From NCBI GenBank assembly GCA_944363505.1, contig CALVUD010000001.1, positions 85,633-149,632 of the forward strand: a DNA stretch of 64,000 bases, written 5' to 3'. The translations under genes and the position numbers were made by a program. How positions within the stretch are numbered: the stretch's first letter is position 1; the number at the start of each line of letters is the position of its first letter. Below are positions 47,212 to 55,664 of the stretch, piece by piece. The DNA is from an uncultured Clostridia bacterium (GTDB taxonomy: Bacteria > Bacillota > Clostridia > Christensenellales > DTU072). The notes below the pieces were generated by a model, which saw only the letters and a list, made by a program, of their open reading frames with translations, was not told where the DNA came from and made no database searches.

Positions 47212-47765
47212 TGCTCTCCCGCGTCGCCCGCCTTTGAATTTTTCTTTTTGTCATCGGGGCGATAAAAAAAGACGACGAAAACCAAAAGTAACACGCACCC
47301 TACCGTCAACCCGCTGTCGGCAAGGTTGAAAACGGCAAAATCGATTAATTCGAAATAGATCCAGTCGCGCACATAACCGAACATGAACCTGTCGACGAGA
47401 TTACCCAATCCTCCCGCAATCATTAGGATCAGCGCGGCGCGGAACCAGCCGTTGCGAATTTTTACCGAAAAAATCAAAATAAGCAGTAAAACTGTTACCG
47501 TTATAAACGACACTACCGTCAGCGCGACGAAAGAATCGGAAAATAATCCGAACGACGCACCGGTATTCTCGACGGCGGTAAATCTCAATACTCCTTCCCA
47601 GACTATAACGTCGTCGGCTCCTGCGGCGATGGGCATATAAACAAATTCTTTGGTCAGCAAATCGACGGCAAGATATAACCCTATCAGCAAAAGCTCCGTT
47701 CCCAGAATAATCAGGTTCTTCTTCGGTTCGGGATAAAACAGTTTCCGCACGTCGATTTTTTTCAT
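47208..47765 (-). CDS. lspA: lipoprotein signal peptidase II
   Basis: NTGASFG, GGLGNLVDR, FNLADS; four TM segments. Confidence 0.92.
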   Translation of the reverse strand: MKKIDVRKLFYPEPKKNLIILGTELLLIGLYLAVDLLTKEFVYMPIAAGADDVIVWEGVLRFTAVENTGASFGLFSDSFVALTVVSFITVTVLLLILIFSVKIRNGWFRAALILMIAGGLGNLVDRFMFGYVRDWIYFELIDFAVFNLADSGLTVGCVLLLVFVVFFYRPDDKKKNSKAGDAGEQ

Positions 47766-47849
47766 ACGAATATTATAACATCAGACAAAGCGTTTAGCAA
47801 CCAAAAGCCGAAAGCAGACTTATAAAATTTAACGGTAACGTAGTTTAAA

Positions 47850-48209
47850 TCAGTCGCCCGCAAAGACTATTTCGACGCCTTTGGGTACGAGCATGAATTT
47901 TAAACCGCCTATCGATTCAACCCTGCCCGAAAGCGCGTAAGCAGCACCCGACAGAAAGTCCAAAATACGTTCCGCATTGACGGCGTCGGCTTTTTCCAAA
48001 GACACCATGACCGCCTTGCCTGCACCCAATTCGGACACCAGAATTTCCGCGTCGGCTATGTTTTTCGGAGCTTTAAAAGCATAGTCGGAGACTTTTTCCA
48101 CGGCGCCGGCACGTTTTTCGATCGCCATGCGGTCGTATGGAGTTAAAGGTTTCTTTTTTCGTTGTTTTTGCGGAATATCTCCGTTTTTTAGCATTTTTAC
48201 ATAACTCAT
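47850..48209 (-). CDS. sepF: cell division protein SepF (short form)
   Basis: The C-terminal core AEILVSELGAGKAVMVSLEKADAVNAERILDFLSGAAYALSGRVESIG matches the SepF domain. It is adjacent to yggS as in the dcw-proximal cluster. Confidence 0.85.
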   Translation of the reverse strand: MSYVKMLKNGDIPQKQRKKKPLTPYDRMAIEKRAGAVEKVSDYAFKAPKNIADAEILVSELGAGKAVMVSLEKADAVNAERILDFLSGAAYALSGRVESIGGLKFMLVPKGVEIVFAGD

Positions 48210-48247
48210 ATTATAAATTATGCCTTATTTTAGAATACTCGGCAATA

Positions 48248-48913
48248 CTATTCGAAGAGAATTTTTCCGGGTCTTAACATATTTGCGCCGCATTTTAACG
48301 CAACACGGAAGTCGGCAGACATTCCCATGCTCAGTATGTCGAACCCCGCCCTTTTTCCCCTGACCGCGAGGAATGCATCCCTCGCTTTCGAAAAACACTC
48401 CGTCAATTTATCTTCGCCTATGTCTCTCGGCGCAACAGCCATGACGCCGCGCACCGCGATGTGCGGATACTTTTCAAGCGCATGCAGAAAGGATTCCAGT
48501 TCCTCGGCGCGTATACCGCCTTTCGCCTCCTCTTCTCCGGAGTTTATTTCGACCAGACATTGCTGAACGACGCCTCGCGCCGCGCATACGCGCTCGATCT
48601 CCTCGGCAAGCGACTCTCTGTCCAGGCTCTGTATCAGTCTGACTTTGCCGACCACATACTTGACCTTGTTCGTTTGCAGTCTGCCGATGACGTCCCAGGT
48701 TATTTCAGGCGTGTATTTTTCCCTGAATTCCTGAACACGGTTCTCGCCTATCGCCGAAACACATCCCGTGGAATACAACCTGAGCAGGGTTTCGCGGTCG
48801 CGGTTTTTACCGGCGGCGACTATTTCGACCTTGTCGTTTTCGCGACCTGCCGCAATCAAAGCGGCGTTGACTTCGTCCATAAACGCTTTAATCTTTTGTT
48901 CTACGTCCGTCAT
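48248..48913 (-). CDS. yggS: YggS-family pyridoxal-phosphate homeostasis protein
   Basis: VAAGKNR (PLP lysine context), IGRLQTNKVKY, LSMGMSADF. Confidence 0.9.
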   Translation of the reverse strand: MTDVEQKIKAFMDEVNAALIAAGRENDKVEIVAAGKNRDRETLLRLYSTGCVSAIGENRVQEFREKYTPEITWDVIGRLQTNKVKYVVGKVRLIQSLDRESLAEEIERVCAARGVVQQCLVEINSGEEEAKGGIRAEELESFLHALEKYPHIAVRGVMAVAPRDIGEDKLTECFSKARDAFLAVRGKRAGFDILSMGMSADFRVALKCGANMLRPGKILFE

Positions 48914-48954
48914 AATCCGATTATACCGCTTTTCGGCGCCGTTTTCAAGCCGAT

Positions 48955-49587
48955 TCAGTGTTCTTCCGTATCCGTCGCGTCGGCATATGACAGTCTGTTA
49001 ACGCTGATCTCGTATGCAACGCGCACGCTTTCAACGCCGTTTTCGTCTGTTTTGCGATATTCTCTGGACTGTATTCTGCCCGAAAGCCCCACTTTGTCCC
49101 CCACGACCAGTTTTTCGGCGAAACGGGCGTTTCTGCCCCACGCTATGCAAGGAATGTAATCGGACTTGTTATATGCGCGGTTTACCGCAATCAGTACGTC
49201 GGCTATTTCACGCTTGAACGGCGTGGTTCTGTATACGGGCGGTTTGCAGACATAACCGATCAATTCTATTTTATTGGTATTGGGCGGCAGGTCCTCGTTG
49301 GTTTCGCGCACGAACACCGTCAACATAAGTCTTGATTTGCCGTCGGCGATCTTGTTATAGCTGCGGAATTGTCCGGAAACCGAAACGTATTTGCCTTCCT
49401 CGAAATCCCCTTCTCCCAACAAGCGTTCCGAAACCGTTACGGGAATTACGTCAACCAGCCCCGACAGTCTTTCGACCTCGACTTTGGTTTCGTAAAACCC
49501 TTCGCCGAATACCTGATGCGAATATCTCGGCTCCTCCGCCACGCGTCCGGTCAGGTACACTACGTTATTTGTCATCAAACAGTCCAT
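48955..49587 (-). CDS. single-chain tandem OB-fold SSB-like protein (two SSB-type OB domains in 210 aa)
   Basis: Internal duplication is visible: VYLTGRVAEEPRY / IELIGYVCKPPVY, DVIPVTV / DYIPCIA, GKYVSVSGQFRSYN / GDKVGLSGRIQSREY. The second half resembles canonical SSB (DFINCVVWRKQAE...GSLVGVDGRLQTRSYE, from memory). AGGAG RBS 7 nt upstream. Confidence 0.7.
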   Translation of the reverse strand: MDCLMTNNVVYLTGRVAEEPRYSHQVFGEGFYETKVEVERLSGLVDVIPVTVSERLLGEGDFEEGKYVSVSGQFRSYNKIADGKSRLMLTVFVRETNEDLPPNTNKIELIGYVCKPPVYRTTPFKREIADVLIAVNRAYNKSDYIPCIAWGRNARFAEKLVVGDKVGLSGRIQSREYRKTDENGVESVRVAYEISVNRLSYADATDTEEH

Positions 49588-49602
49588 TAGTTTGCTCCTG
49601 TG

Positions 49603-50364
49603 TTAAGTATTTTTTATCTGAATACCCCTCGAATCCACAGTATAGTTTTCGGAGTAAACAAGTTCGTCAAGCCTTACGGCGGTCATTCCTTTATTTTGTA
49701 CGGAGAGCAGTATCAGCGGAAGCGCCTCGACTATGTGGTCGCCTGCATTGTGCATCAGAACTATGGACCCGGGTTCGATGTTTGCGATAACCCTTTCGGT
49801 GATCTGAGAGCCGCTGAGCCCTTTCCAGTCCAGACTGTCCACACTCCATTGAATACATTGCATTCCCTTTGCGCCGACAGCTTTTACGAGATCGTTGTCG
49901 TATTCGCCGAACGGCGCGCGGAAAAAGCGTGGGGTTTCCCCGGTCAACTCGTTGATCAACGCGTTGACCGAATCGATTTCCGTCTGTAATGTTTCGGAGT
50001 TTAATTCGTTTAAATGCTTATGGTTTTGGCTGTGATTTCCTATCTGATGTCCTCTGTCGTGTATCTCCTTTACAAGTTCCTTATTTGCTTCCGCCCAGAA
50101 TCCGGTCAGGAAAAACGTACACTTATATCCGTATTTTTCCACCTCGTCCATAATGGCTCGCGTCTGGTCGGCGCCCCATGCCGCGTCGAAAGTCAGCGCG
50201 ACTTTCTTTTCCTCGGTCGCAACGGCGTAAATCGGAACGAGTCTGTTTTTTGCCGCGGTATTTTCGAATACGCCGGCTCCCGCCATCCACGCGAGCGCGG
50301 CGCCCAGAATCACCACCAACAGGATGACCGCGGTAAGAGTACGTTTTTTCATCACCAGAATCAT
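49603..50364 (-). CDS. polysaccharide deacetylase (NodB homology domain), PdaB-like, N-terminal membrane anchor
   Basis: VALTFDAAWG, FFLTGFW, GNHSQNHKHL and FRAPFGEY correspond to NodB motifs 1-3. An N-terminal hydrophobic helix is present. Confidence 0.85.
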   Translation of the reverse strand: MILVMKKRTLTAVILLVVILGAALAWMAGAGVFENTAAKNRLVPIYAVATEEKKVALTFDAAWGADQTRAIMDEVEKYGYKCTFFLTGFWAEANKELVKEIHDRGHQIGNHSQNHKHLNELNSETLQTEIDSVNALINELTGETPRFFRAPFGEYDNDLVKAVGAKGMQCIQWSVDSLDWKGLSGSQITERVIANIEPGSIVLMHNAGDHIVEALPLILLSVQNKGMTAVRLDELVYSENYTVDSRGIQIKNT

Positions 50365-50514
50365 TTTCGGGTACCTCCATAATAATACATTTTTCTCGTC
50401 GAATTTTGGTCGAATAGGTATTTTATCGACGATTTTTGTGCAGGAGCAAATCGCGCCCCGATAAAGGATATGCGCCCGGAATTATCGATATGATGATAAA
50501 ATCAAGTTAGGAGA

Positions 50515-53500
50515 TTATCTGGAATACAAATAGTCTTTAAGGTATGCGAAATCCTCGCAAGCGATGTAATCGTCAAGCTTTGTACCGACGACTATCTTCA
50601 ATGTAGCCGATGCGGTTTCGGGCAAGATTACGGGCGTTCCCGCAGTCTTGACGACCGAAGAAACGTTAAGATAAACGACGGTGTCTTTAATTCCGTCCCA
50701 GGAAACCGCTCCCGTTCCCAAATAGCGTATCTTTCCGAAACGGAATACGCTGAGAGCCGTTCCGTTAAACGCGTGGTCTCCTATAGATTCTACGCGACTT
50801 TGCGACTGCTCGAAATCGGCGGTACCCGCGCCAAGCCCCACCGCCACGTTGGAATAGCATACTATCGACAGCCTTTCGGCGCCGTAAAACGCGTAATCGC
50901 CTATTTCGACAAGCGTCGTAAGATACGACAGCTTTTCAAGGAAAACAGCGCCGTAAAATGCGTAATCGTATATCGCAACGGTGCCCGAATACGTTGTGTA
51001 TTCCGAGGAAGCGTTGCCGGCGGGATACGCGACGACCGCTGTAGAGCTTCCCGTAAGATCGGCATATAGCGCGCCGCGGGAATCGGTAAAGAAATACGAA
51101 TTGCCGTCTGCGACGAAAAATCTTTGGAGCGAAGCGCAACCTTTGAAAGCGCCCCTGCCTATTTTTTCGACGAAACCGAGGTCCAGATACATAAGCGTAT
51201 CCATATCTTCGAAGGCGAAATCAGCTATTTCCCTGACGCCCTTCATTATCAGCGCTTTCAGCGAATCTGCGCTCTTTAGCGCACCGCGCGCGACATATGT
51301 TACCGACCTGTTATCCAGACAATCGGGAACGATCAGATATTCGGGGGAATCGACTACGGCGTAAAGTCCGTAACTGAAGTCGGCGCGGGTATATAAAATC
51401 ATGTTTTCGTACACCCTGACGCCGTTTAAAAGCATGCTGTATGCTTCCGCGGCGTCGCCTTCCACCGCAAGCACGACGGAATTATGGTCGATATGTACGT
51501 CAACGTCCTTATCGGGATATTCCGTCGAGATTATCTTAAACGCCGTCGAAGCTATTGGGGCGACCTTTTCGAGGGTGTCGACGTGCAACAGCACGAACGG
51601 GAAACCGTATTCCGATTCGGCTTTCAACGCGCCGGTTACATAGCCTAAAAGCGGATATCCCAGCCAAATATCCGAAAATCCCGCCGCGCTTCTGTATATG
51701 CTCAGTTTAATCCCCGCCTCGAAGAATTCGTCCCTACGCAACGAATAAAGGTTTTCCGGAGTTACGTTCGCCGCCTGAAGTTCCCCGAATACGACCTTCA
51801 GTTTTGCTCCCGACGGCGCCTCGGGCATTACGAACACGTCGCCCACCTCTTCGGAAACGCTGCCGTACTCCAAAATCACGGACTCGGGATAATATCCTTC
51901 CGCGGGAGAAAGGCTCAGACAAATTTCTTTACCCGCGGGCACTCGCGCGCCCGAAAAATAATTTGCCGTAACCGTGCCGTTACCCGTTACCTCGATATTG
52001 AAATAGTACGACGCGGCGGCATTGACGTTTTCGTAGTATTCGGGAACGTTGACCGATACCGTGCCGCCGACCGCCTCCGTAAAAGCGGGAAGCGTATACG
52101 AATACTCGTATCCTATATCGACGTTGCCGATTCCCGATACGGTCAGCGACAGATAAATACTGTCCGCCACGATGTCGGCGTCGTGAACGTCGACGGTAAA
52201 AATCACCGTTTCCCCGGGTGCCGCCGAGGAGACCGAGGGAAGTATCGTAAACCCTTCGCTTTCTAACCCGCGAATATCGTATACCCTTTCGAATTCCGCG
52301 CGCAAAACGACATCCGCCCCCGGCATAACGAACCTACCCGCGCCGGTAACGGCGTTTAACGATTCGCCTCCGACGCTGACGTAAGTTGCCGAGAAGGAGC
52401 CGTCTTTATATCTGTACCCCGCTTCGGGTTCGAACGCTACGTCAATAATCGCGCCCGAGATAGCGGCGCTTGGCAAAACGGTTATCGAACCGCCCTCGCA
52501 TTCTTCAACGGATATCAGATATGTGTTACCCGCAACCATACAGACCTCCACGATGGCGTCTTCGTTCCCCATCACGAACGAATATTTCGTCAACGATCCG
52601 TCCACGGGAACAAGCGTGGCTTTGCTGTCGGATTTATCGTAAATAAGCGTTACTTCCTTGATCCCGCAACCTGCGGCAAGCGACAAATCGAAAGTTACCC
52701 TGGACCCCGGGAGCGCGTACTCGGGCGCGCCGTAAACGGTATAACCGCTGTATTTTGAAGAAAACTCGACTTTATATCCCAAAAATCTGAAATCTACCGA
52801 CACGGTAACGTCGCAGGCGGGCATAAAGAAGGAATTTCCGTCCACATAATTGCCGTTAACGCTGACGCCTGCGGCAACGTACCCGTTGTCCGGAGCTATA
52901 TAGAGAGTAACTTTTTCCCCGGGGCTGAAATCGTTGTCGGGCGAAGTCAGCGCGACAAAACCGTGCGAGTAGTCGGAAACGTTGACTTTATAAGTCGTTT
53001 CGTTTTCATCAGCCTTGCAAAACGACGCCGTGAGTTCGACGTCGGAAGCCGGCATCCTGAACAGACTTTCTTCAAGCTCGATAACGACGTCCGAATACGA
53101 AAGAAGTACCTTATCCAGAAGGTACCCATCCGTTACGTCTACCGAAAAATAAACGTATTCTCCCTCGGCGGCATACTCTGAATACGTTATTATGCTGCCG
53201 CCTGCTCCCGCGCTCGCGTGGACGGAAAACACTTCGTCGTAATCTATTTCCTCGAACACCGCCTTGACGCTGACGTCGCCCGCAGGCATGACGAACGAAT
53301 TACCCGAAACAGGCGTATTAATTCCGTCGGAAGTTACCAGATAAGCCGACGAGAACTTGTATCCGAAATCGGCTATGAACTGTAGCGAGACCGTATCCCC
53401 GCTTTTCGCGGAAGTCTTCGACAACACTACCGAACCGTTCACGGTGGCGTCCGAAACGGAGATTCCGAAAGATTTAAGCTCGAAAATCACGCATACGTCT

Positions 53501-54045
53501 ACGGGTTGAGCGGGCATGGAAAACGTGAAAACGCTTCCCGCCGAATTCGGTGCGGCAATTATTTTTGTGCCGTCGTTTCTGCCCGAAGCGTAAACTTCGA
53601 CGATTTCGTATTCGGAAAAAGGCACCACTCTGACGCTGACTTCGTCGCCCATCGACGCCGCGGGTTGTTGCGGTTCGTATAATGTAACCGTTCCCTCGGA
53701 ATATTCGCCGATATAAACGGCGTGCGGATAAGTTTCCACGGATTCCCAACCTGCGAAAATCGTGGTATTGCTTCTCGCTTTAAATAACGAGACGTTGACG
53801 GGTCTGGTGCAGGCGCGGTCGGAATACCAACCCGTAAAAACATAACCCTCTTTTACGGGAGGATCGGGCAAAACGAGACTGTCGCCGGCGTTCAACACGA
53901 TGCTGTCCACCGCGGAGCCGCCGTCGGTATTGAAAGATATTATATATTTTGCGTTATCGTTGGTTTCGGAACACGCGGCGCATACGATACATACCGTCGC
54001 AAGAATCGCCGAAAACAACAAAATCAGAATTTTCCTTTTACTCAT
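50515..54045 (-). CDS. large surface protein: signal/lipoprotein-like N-terminus, Listeria-Bacteroides (InlB B) repeat, ~8 divergent InlB-B-like beta-sandwich repeats, C-terminal BspA-type leucine-rich repeats
   Basis: MSKRKILILLFSAILATVCIVCAAC signal; FNTDGGSAVDSIVLNAGDSLVLPDPPVKEGYVFTGWY repeat; eight ~75-85 aa units each ending in F.MP..DV.V.A.F; C-terminal IADFAFEDMDTLMYLDLGFVEKIGRGAFKGCASL LRR_5-like units. Start set at the ATG at 54045, since the track start at 54114 is a TTG. Confidence 0.8.
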   Translation of the reverse strand: MSKRKILILLFSAILATVCIVCAACSETNDNAKYIISFNTDGGSAVDSIVLNAGDSLVLPDPPVKEGYVFTGWYSDRACTRPVNVSLFKARSNTTIFAGWESVETYPHAVYIGEYSEGTVTLYEPQQPAASMGDEVSVRVVPFSEYEIVEVYASGRNDGTKIIAAPNSAGSVFTFSMPAQPVDVCVIFELKSFGISVSDATVNGSVVLSKTSAKSGDTVSLQFIADFGYKFSSAYLVTSDGINTPVSGNSFVMPAGDVSVKAVFEEIDYDEVFSVHASAGAGGSIITYSEYAAEGEYVYFSVDVTDGYLLDKVLLSYSDVVIELEESLFRMPASDVELTASFCKADENETTYKVNVSDYSHGFVALTSPDNDFSPGEKVTLYIAPDNGYVAAGVSVNGNYVDGNSFFMPACDVTVSVDFRFLGYKVEFSSKYSGYTVYGAPEYALPGSRVTFDLSLAAGCGIKEVTLIYDKSDSKATLVPVDGSLTKYSFVMGNEDAIVEVCMVAGNTYLISVEECEGGSITVLPSAAISGAIIDVAFEPEAGYRYKDGSFSATYVSVGGESLNAVTGAGRFVMPGADVVLRAEFERVYDIRGLESEGFTILPSVSSAAPGETVIFTVDVHDADIVADSIYLSLTVSGIGNVDIGYEYSYTLPAFTEAVGGTVSVNVPEYYENVNAAASYYFNIEVTGNGTVTANYFSGARVPAGKEICLSLSPAEGYYPESVILEYGSVSEEVGDVFVMPEAPSGAKLKVVFGELQAANVTPENLYSLRRDEFFEAGIKLSIYRSAAGFSDIWLGYPLLGYVTGALKAESEYGFPFVLLHVDTLEKVAPIASTAFKIISTEYPDKDVDVHIDHNSVVLAVEGDAAEAYSMLLNGVRVYENMILYTRADFSYGLYAVVDSPEYLIVPDCLDNRSVTYVARGALKSADSLKALIMKGVREIADFAFEDMDTLMYLDLGFVEKIGRGAFKGCASLQRFFVADGNSYFFTDSRGALYADLTGSSTAVVAYPAGNASSEYTTYSGTVAIYDYAFYGAVFLEKLSYLTTLVEIGDYAFYGAERLSIVCYSNVAVGLGAGTADFEQSQSRVESIGDHAFNGTALSVFRFGKIRYLGTGAVSWDGIKDTVVYLNVSSVVKTAGTPVILPETASATLKIVVGTKLDDYIACEDFAYLKDYLYSR

Positions 54046-54134
54046 AATACCGTTAAAAACATTGTATACGCGCGCGACAGCTTTGTCAATACGGCTACCC
54101 CCACAATTCACCAAATATTCAATCGATCTTTCGT

Positions 54135-55664
54135 TTACTCTTCGGCGGCGAGTTTCTTGAAAACTTTAGCGGTAGCCACCGCGTCGTCGGTGGCCCTGTG
54201 TGCGTTTTCGTTGACTATTCCGTAATATTTACACAGATTTTCAAGCTTATGGCTTTTCAGCTTTTTCAGTTTGTTGCGCGCTATTTTCAGAGAGTCCAGC
54301 ATTTCGTTATTGAAATCGTAGCCTGTCTGAGCGCCCGCGGCACGCAGAAATTTAACGTCGAAATCGTCGCCGTTATGCGCCACCATCTTGGCGCCCCGCG
54401 TAAACTTGTAAAAATCGGGCATTACGTCCTGTATCTTGGGCGCGTGCTCCACGTCGGCGTCGTAGATGTTGTTCACTTCCGAAGCGCTCTCCGGAATGTG
54501 CATTTCGGGATTGACGAATGTCGTAAAAGTTTCCGTTACGACTCCGTCCTCCATCTTGGCGGCGCCTATCTCGATAATTTTGTCCGATACGGGACTGAGT
54601 CCCGTGGTTTCGAGGTCGTATACGACTATAATTCCCTTCAGCATTTCGGGAGTATTTGCGTCCGTTGCGAACATTTCGCTCTGTTCGGCGTCAGAAAACG
54701 ATTCGGGCTTGACTTTACGGTAATATTCAGGCTCGGGCTTGAACTTGACGGCGGTGTCTATAGAATCGAAATTTATGTTGCACACGACGCCGTTTTTCAT
54801 AAACATGGACATTTTTGCGGTGCGTTCGTTCATTTCGATCCTGCCCTCGCATGCCACGGTCTGTCCGGGGAAAAAATAGCTCTGCATCCTCTCTATGCGT
54901 GATTCGTAAGAGGAAAAATAAACGCACTCCATACTTGCGGTCGTGTCGTCTAAAACAAACTTTATAAACGGTTTGCCGGCTTTCGTTTTGTAAATATCGG
55001 CTTTGACGACTTTTCCGCACACGGTAGCGGATTCCTGCGCCTGTTTTATCGCGTCGGCGATATATACGGGTCGTTTTACGACGTTACCGATGATCGGTAC
55101 GGTTACCTTTATATCCACCAGCCTCACGCTTCCTTCGGCGCGGGTTATGCGCCTTACCTTTACGGGTTGAACGTCGGAAGAGGTCGCGTCGCGGTATAAC
55201 TCGATTTCGGGTTCCTCGATTATCATCGTATCCAGATAATCCGCAAGCGCTTTGTCGAAAGCGTTGGTAACGGCATACGAATAAGCGTCGCTTCCCATTC
55301 CTATCCTGACGGACACGACGTTAGGCTTAAGCTCGAAAGATATTTTTTTATCGTCGATTTTTTGAAACAGAATCGGGCTTTTTTCGTAAAAAAAGCCGTG
55401 TATCAGCGATAACAGATATTTTTCTTCGGTCAATGTCTTGCGGAAAACCACGTCGATTTCGAAAGACTCCGGAACAATCGCGCGCACGATCTTTTTGACC
55501 TTAGCCTTCAGCTCGTCGGTCAGAAGCGCGTCGAAGTCTTCGGAGCGCACCAGCATCGTCAGCGTCAGATTGTCGCCGTCAAGCTCCGCTCCCGCGAATT
55601 TGAAGATGCGCTCGTTTTCGAACAACGCTTCTTCAAACAGATACACAAAAGGATTATTCGCCAA
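54135..55664 (-). CDS. DEDDh 3'-5' exonuclease (DnaQ/PolC-exo type) with a PolC-like N-terminal region and OB fold; no polymerase domains
   Basis: Exo I VVYDLETTGL, Exo II MVAHNGDDFDVKFL, Exo III AHRATDDAVATAKVF. Upstream is an OB-like ATVCGKVVKADIYKTKAGKPFIKFVLDDTTASMECVYF. 509 aa, in the syntenic slot of polC. Confidence 0.8.
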   Translation of the reverse strand: MANNPFVYLFEEALFENERIFKFAGAELDGDNLTLTMLVRSEDFDALLTDELKAKVKKIVRAIVPESFEIDVVFRKTLTEEKYLLSLIHGFFYEKSPILFQKIDDKKISFELKPNVVSVRIGMGSDAYSYAVTNAFDKALADYLDTMIIEEPEIELYRDATSSDVQPVKVRRITRAEGSVRLVDIKVTVPIIGNVVKRPVYIADAIKQAQESATVCGKVVKADIYKTKAGKPFIKFVLDDTTASMECVYFSSYESRIERMQSYFFPGQTVACEGRIEMNERTAKMSMFMKNGVVCNINFDSIDTAVKFKPEPEYYRKVKPESFSDAEQSEMFATDANTPEMLKGIIVVYDLETTGLSPVSDKIIEIGAAKMEDGVVTETFTTFVNPEMHIPESASEVNNIYDADVEHAPKIQDVMPDFYKFTRGAKMVAHNGDDFDVKFLRAAGAQTGYDFNNEMLDSLKIARNKLKKLKSHKLENLCKYYGIVNENAHRATDDAVATAKVFKKLAAEE

